Below, one piece after another: positions 51,131-56,145 of a stretch of 56,145 nt of DNA. Both the position numbers and the translations under genes were made by a program. Every line of letters begins with the position of its first letter. The first letter of the stretch is position 1. Below the pieces are notes generated by a model. It made no database searches. It was not told the DNA's origin and saw only the letters and a list, made by a program, of their open reading frames with translations. Source of the DNA: Lobosporangium transversale (Eukaryota); the NCBI RefSeq assembly GCF_002105155.1, contig NW_019029009.1:434001-490145 (forward strand), written 5' to 3'.

Positions 51131-52431
51131 TTTTGTATCCACTAATCTGTCGAGCCAGCTAAAGGAATCTTTGCGCAAAGCCTTTGTAGTCATAGGCGGG
51201 TCCGCCTCACCTAGAAACTACCGAGTTATAAAAGCCAAAGAAACTTCCTTCTTAATAAAGTCTTCAGTTTTCCCCATATGTCCTTATTCTTCACCTGCAG
51301 TTCATCTTGCCATTTATCTTTTTCCCCTTTTCACAACAAGCATTTGTCTTCCGGTAACTCAGTTTGTGAGCTCACCTATAAAGCTCCCATCTTTTTGACA
51401 TTCCTATGGTGCTGTTTGTAGTCAAGGTTATTTGACTCTATTTTCTCTTGTCAATCTTGTTGACACTCTTTTGTCCTGCCTTATTCCTGATTGTGTCTAT
51501 CTTTCTGTCCCTTAAGCAAAGATATTTTTTACAACAATGCCACCAAGCAATTTATTTAGGATTAAGATATGTGGGGTCTATATGTTGTCTAAATAGTCCT
51601 CCCCATAAAAAAAACACCATCTAGACCAAGCATAGAAATAAAGAGATTAGTCAAGAAAGCACTGTCAAGCTAATACTTACAACTTTTTCAAGACGAAGGT
51701 CTTTCCCGACCTAGTCATGTTTGTAGTAGCTCATGAAAAATTTTAGACAGACAAATAGTAACCAGGGAGCAGAAGTGAGAATAGGATGTGGGTTCACACA
51801 TCACATCCATGGGGCATTTATCCAAATTTGTATCAAAATAAAACTGTAAGTTTGTATCGGGCACCACACCATGGGGCATAGAGCCGTTAGTATGTCTGTA
51901 TTATAAATCTTCATGTAACACGTGTACTGTGAAATATGCAACTGATCTATCCATTGTTGTTGCCGGCTTGGTGTCTTTCTCCCCATGGATTCAACGAAGG
52001 CTATTTTGATATCTCGAGTTTGGACTCAACCTGTCAGTGAGCATTGGTGCAAGCATATAAGGCACACAGGCTGTTGACGAGCCTACTTCTCACCTTCACC
52101 GTTTGACGCAGGTCAGGGTTGTGACGGTCTAGCGAAGAAAACGTAAGGGCATTAACAATATCAGGATCGCATTAGACGGTAGTTGTGGTATTTGCAGATG
52201 AAAATAGGGAAGAACTGCGCAAACCCAGCGGATCCAAATAAAAGAAAAGGTGAGTCGACTCAAGCGGAGGACAACAAGTCCAATAGGCCAAGCAGGGATA
52301 AGGGACCAAGGAAAAAGTAGCGATCGTTTCTTTTACTTCTTTTTGCTCGCCATTGTTTATGACAATGGCACAGACCACAATTTTGTAATATAGCACTAAT
52401 AGATAAATTAAAATATCGCTATTTCAATAAA

Positions 52432-55400
52432 CCTGAGCAAGGAGAAGTGAGCACACCAAGCGGATTGCCGCAGCTGCATCATCAGAATTTTCTCAAGCAA
52501 GTGGCAAGTTGTTTTTATGAGTGGCGGAATAGGAATCCTCTCTCAAATGAATTGCCATTTGACGATAGGCTCGTCACTAAGAGCGGACAATTTGCCTTGC
52601 AGCACGTTCATTCGCTGCAGGTGGCTTCGACCTCTGGTGACGAAGTTCATGTGCACATGCACGTACTGAAAGGCAAATCTGGCTTGCTCTTGCAGACACT
52701 TCTCTCTCAGGCTGGGACCAAACTTGACATTTTGGCTGGAGGTCTCTTTTTTAAATTTGAAAAAATTCCCGAGTCGAAAGCATCTCCTGAAGCAACACCA
52801 GAGGTTAATAAGCCAAAAAAAGGTACAGCCATCTGATAAACCAACTCAAAAAATAGACGAATAACACGATCCAAGAGAATGGCATCATAACGCTCATAGA
52901 GAGTATCGCAGAGGTTTTTTACTGCAAAAAATAATAATCTGCACGTTGAGGTTTATTTTTTCCTCACAGGTTTTGTTTTTAATTTCCTGAGTGACAGAGA
53001 TCATGTATAAGCAATATCAATTAAGTTAAAACATTGCACGCAGCACCACATTATCCGAGCATTTATTCATGTTTTCTATTATAAAGATCCTATTTATGTG
53101 GGTGGAGGGCTGCAATTAAACGAAATATGCAACAGCGTTATGACGGCCCTCAATAAGTAGGTAGGACCGATTTAAAAGCGCTATCGCCTTTGTCTAAAGG
53201 GTAAGTGGATAATGATGGCTTCATTCATAAAGAATGAACCTTGTAAAAATTTCTCAAGGAACAGGTATATAAAGACAACTTTCCATCCACTTGATTGCTA
53301 TTCGATTTAATTCTTCAGATTCGTACCGGCTGATCCTCCTGAATATGCAGCTTCGATGTCGATTTTTATGACACGCTGTCTTACATGTTTCAAGTATCCA
53401 GGTATTGCCTTGGCATCCTGACTATCGTTAATAACAACTTCTGAACCTTAAAATTATCATATATGTAACCTGGCACCCAAAATAGAGGAAAATAGTATCA
53501 TCGCTTCCCTTCAGCTTTGATTGGCCTTCATTCAAGCAGGGTCCAGTAATACAATCAATTATCTCCTTGAATGGTGCTTGCTTGATCGGATGCTCCTCTG
53601 ATACTGTAACCTGAAATAGCTTGTTGGGTCCCAATGCAAAATCAATGCACGGAAAGTTGGGTATAGATGGTAGAAACAACTTGTCTGTTGTTTTTGGAGA
53701 ATGTTGAAAAAATCTGCTGTAGTCCTGGGTAAATAATACATCCGAGGAGTCCCTCGGAAGATCAAAGAATCCTGTTTCGTCTGATTGAAGATCCTTAAAT
53801 GGAAACCTAAGTCACCACATCGAATTAAATAGTGAACATAGAGTTCAAACGAAGCTCCTTTTTCTATTTCACTGCCAACTTCGACAAGTCGCTTCAACAC
53901 GTCGATCCAAGTCTGATCTTCTAACTTCATGATGATCCGCGATCGAACATAAGGAGATGCCCATACAGGTGGAAGTGGAGGTGGTCAGAAGTGGGACTCT
54001 ATGGAGTAAAACAACTACCCGCTTCATCTCCTTCTCTAAAGAGGTCTGAAAGATTGCTTGGGAGCCAGGTACGCGAATGGCATCATTGACGTGGAATAAC
54101 GCAGCTGCTTTAGCACGCTCAGTATGTCTTGATTTTTGGATAGTACATTGGCTGGACACTTAGAACCTGTCTTGGCACGCCCCCCAAGTAGTAAAAAAGC
54201 TCCTCCAAAAATGCTTCACTCACTACATGAAAAAACTTTACATTGGCTCTACATTCCTTAAGCTCATCCAGACTCCAGAGTGACATGTGATAGTAGCTAT
54301 TTGGTGTATTTTCCTTGGTGAGTTCATCGTATTGCCCATAGAGAGTTCTTGGCGATGCTGAAAATATCGTCCTGGCTTTACCTGGTTGAGGATTTTCACC
54401 ACTATCAACTAAATACCACGTTTCACGTTGGTCAAGGAAATCTTCGAACATCGTTATTTCCCTTTACGTTGCAAGTTGTTCCTCATACTGATACGTCTAA
54501 TTGGTATGCTGCTTCTCTTGGAAAATAATAATCGGTGGATTTTCCTCATCGTGTTCGGCAAGGAGGCGGATGGCAAAATAGACCAAAAAGGCTGACTTCC
54601 CAATTCCAGGCGTTCCAGTGACAAAGAGTCGGTTCAAACAAGGTACTTCATGAGGGGTACTTAATTCGGATGTAATATGGTCATAAAGCTCTTTATATTC
54701 ATCTCTGATATAAAGATGCCTTGTTCCGGCAACAGGGAAGATACAACCCTCAGGGGCAGTCAAATTTTGGAACCTTGATACCACCAGAATTTCGGAGCTC
54801 GCAAGCCACGCTAATAATGCTGCAGTAAATACTATCTCTGATAACTCCTCCCCATGTACGAAAGCAGCTTGACCCTCTCTTTCGAGTTTAGAGGCGAGAT
54901 GCAGGGTCACCATTCACTATCCCTTTCGTTACAAGCCCTGCTTCTGTAATCGCATCCTAAGAGACCTCTGCTACCTATACTTGGACGAGCTTTTTTAGAG
55001 GGTGACTCTGTAAAGGAGATAGAGTGATCAAGTCAATATTTTTGATTTATTGCACATCACTCTAAAATGATCAATAACCAGATTCTCGGCCAAAAGCACT
55101 CACCAGAATCTCCATCTTGTTTTCTTTTCTGACCTAAGTATCAAAAGCGAATAATGAGAAAGAACGTTGAGTTATCAAGACACAAACCAAATGGTGATAT
55201 TATGCACATGGCCGTTTAAGATACAAACCAAGCTTCATCAGCTGAAAATATCAACAATCAGTCCATCAAGAGCCAAGGATATACCTGCTGTGGTGGCTTG
55301 ACAAAAACATGGATAGTTTCCTTGGAAGTTCAGAATTAAATATTCCCAAGCTCCTTGACGCGATTGTGAGGCCTCTTTTGACTCGATTTCTGACTCAAAG

Positions 55401-56145
55401 ATGGCCTCGCCTTTGTCAGGGATGGAGACCTTGTAGAGGGTGAGTGGTCAGCGCAATATCCTTAATGCATGGCTTCTCTGTTTTGAATGGCTTGCTTGAG
55501 CATCCCGACCGATTTATCGCAGAAAATCTCTACTGGGAACGACGTTGCTTCTCCCTCGACAACGCAGTTCAGCAGTAGCAGTGGGATGGGCGCTTTTTTC
55601 GTTGTGGGCTGGTTTACTCTTTTTCGTTTATTGAGTGTGGAGGCATCCTCAGGCTTATTTGCAGTCATTTTTTTTTGTGCTTGGCTCTCTGTGGAATCAT
55701 TTGCAGCCATGTTTTTTTGTGTTGAGCTCCTTGTGGTGGCCATTGAAAATTAAGATGAGTGGGACTGAGTGTGGTTGAAATGCAGGGAGAATGATGGTTA
55801 AATAGGCGAAGGTATATTCTATACTCTTTCACACCGTGGTCGCTGTATGAAACAAAATGAAAAATGTGTAAGGCAAAAAAAAAAAAAAGGAAAGAAAGGA
55901 AGGAATAAGGAAGGCAAATTGATGAGAAAAATGGGGTGCAAATGATGAAAAAGGACTTTATTTCAGTTAGGCGACGTGTGAAAAATAATTTTTTTCAAAT
56001 CAGCCACGTGCCATTTTCTGGTCATTGTGACGTAAATCTTTGCGGCAAGCGAGGTAAGTCTTTTCAATTTTTGTTAAGTAAACCATTTAAATATTTGAAA
56101 GAGTCTAGCCAAAAAGAGCGACAAGCTTGACCCTCTGGCGCAAAG
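52432..56145 (+). repeat. Direct duplicate of the CRN A unit (36822-40694), lacking the solo LTR
   Basis: Shares CCTGAGCAAGG, the terminal motif, the 3' flank (DEVHVHMHVLKG... ORF text identical), the CRN gene, the promoter and the MITE right half. Confidence 0.9.
53307..55743 (-). pseudogene. CRN: Crinkler copy C, frameshifted as assembled
   Basis: Header, GTPGIGKS, LGGVPR and FPCIDFALGPNKLFQVTVS are present but broken by many, mostly 1-bp, deletions. Confidence 0.85.

Noticed and set aside
51140..52430. CRISPR-like or guide array after the Fanzor
   Set aside because: No regularly spaced repeats; only a short CCATGGGGCAT duplication.

Overview
This is eukaryotic fungal DNA with GT-AG introns and long poly-A/T tracts. 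Gene content and Crinkler genes suggest Mucoromycota, probably Mortierellaceae (inference). The first ~35 kb holds ordinary genes: an Sfp1-like zinc finger (5'-truncated), a tandem-PH protein, GST, an ornithine cyclodeaminase/mu-crystallin, an OPT transporter, a PRL phosphatase, catalase, a CaaX-tailed F-box/LRR protein and a CCCH-Pumilio protein. It also has a Gypsy remnant and a Fanzor remnant. The last ~21 kb is an accessory island. It contains two intact Crinkler (header + NTPase + REase) genes forming a ~6.2 kb head-to-head palindrome, and a third copy at the window end. A 34-bp motif sits where terminal inverted repeats of the CRN unit would be expected. The island also has a solo LTR, a MITE, and an intact DD87E Sailor-like transposon inserted in a fourth, unrelated CRN pseudogene. 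Two more Fanzor (eukaryotic TnpB-like RNA-guided nuclease) remnants lie here; one keeps a spliced RuvC-II/zinc-finger/RuvC-III end followed by a structured candidate omegaRNA region. All family calls come from motif recognition by eye; no searches were run.
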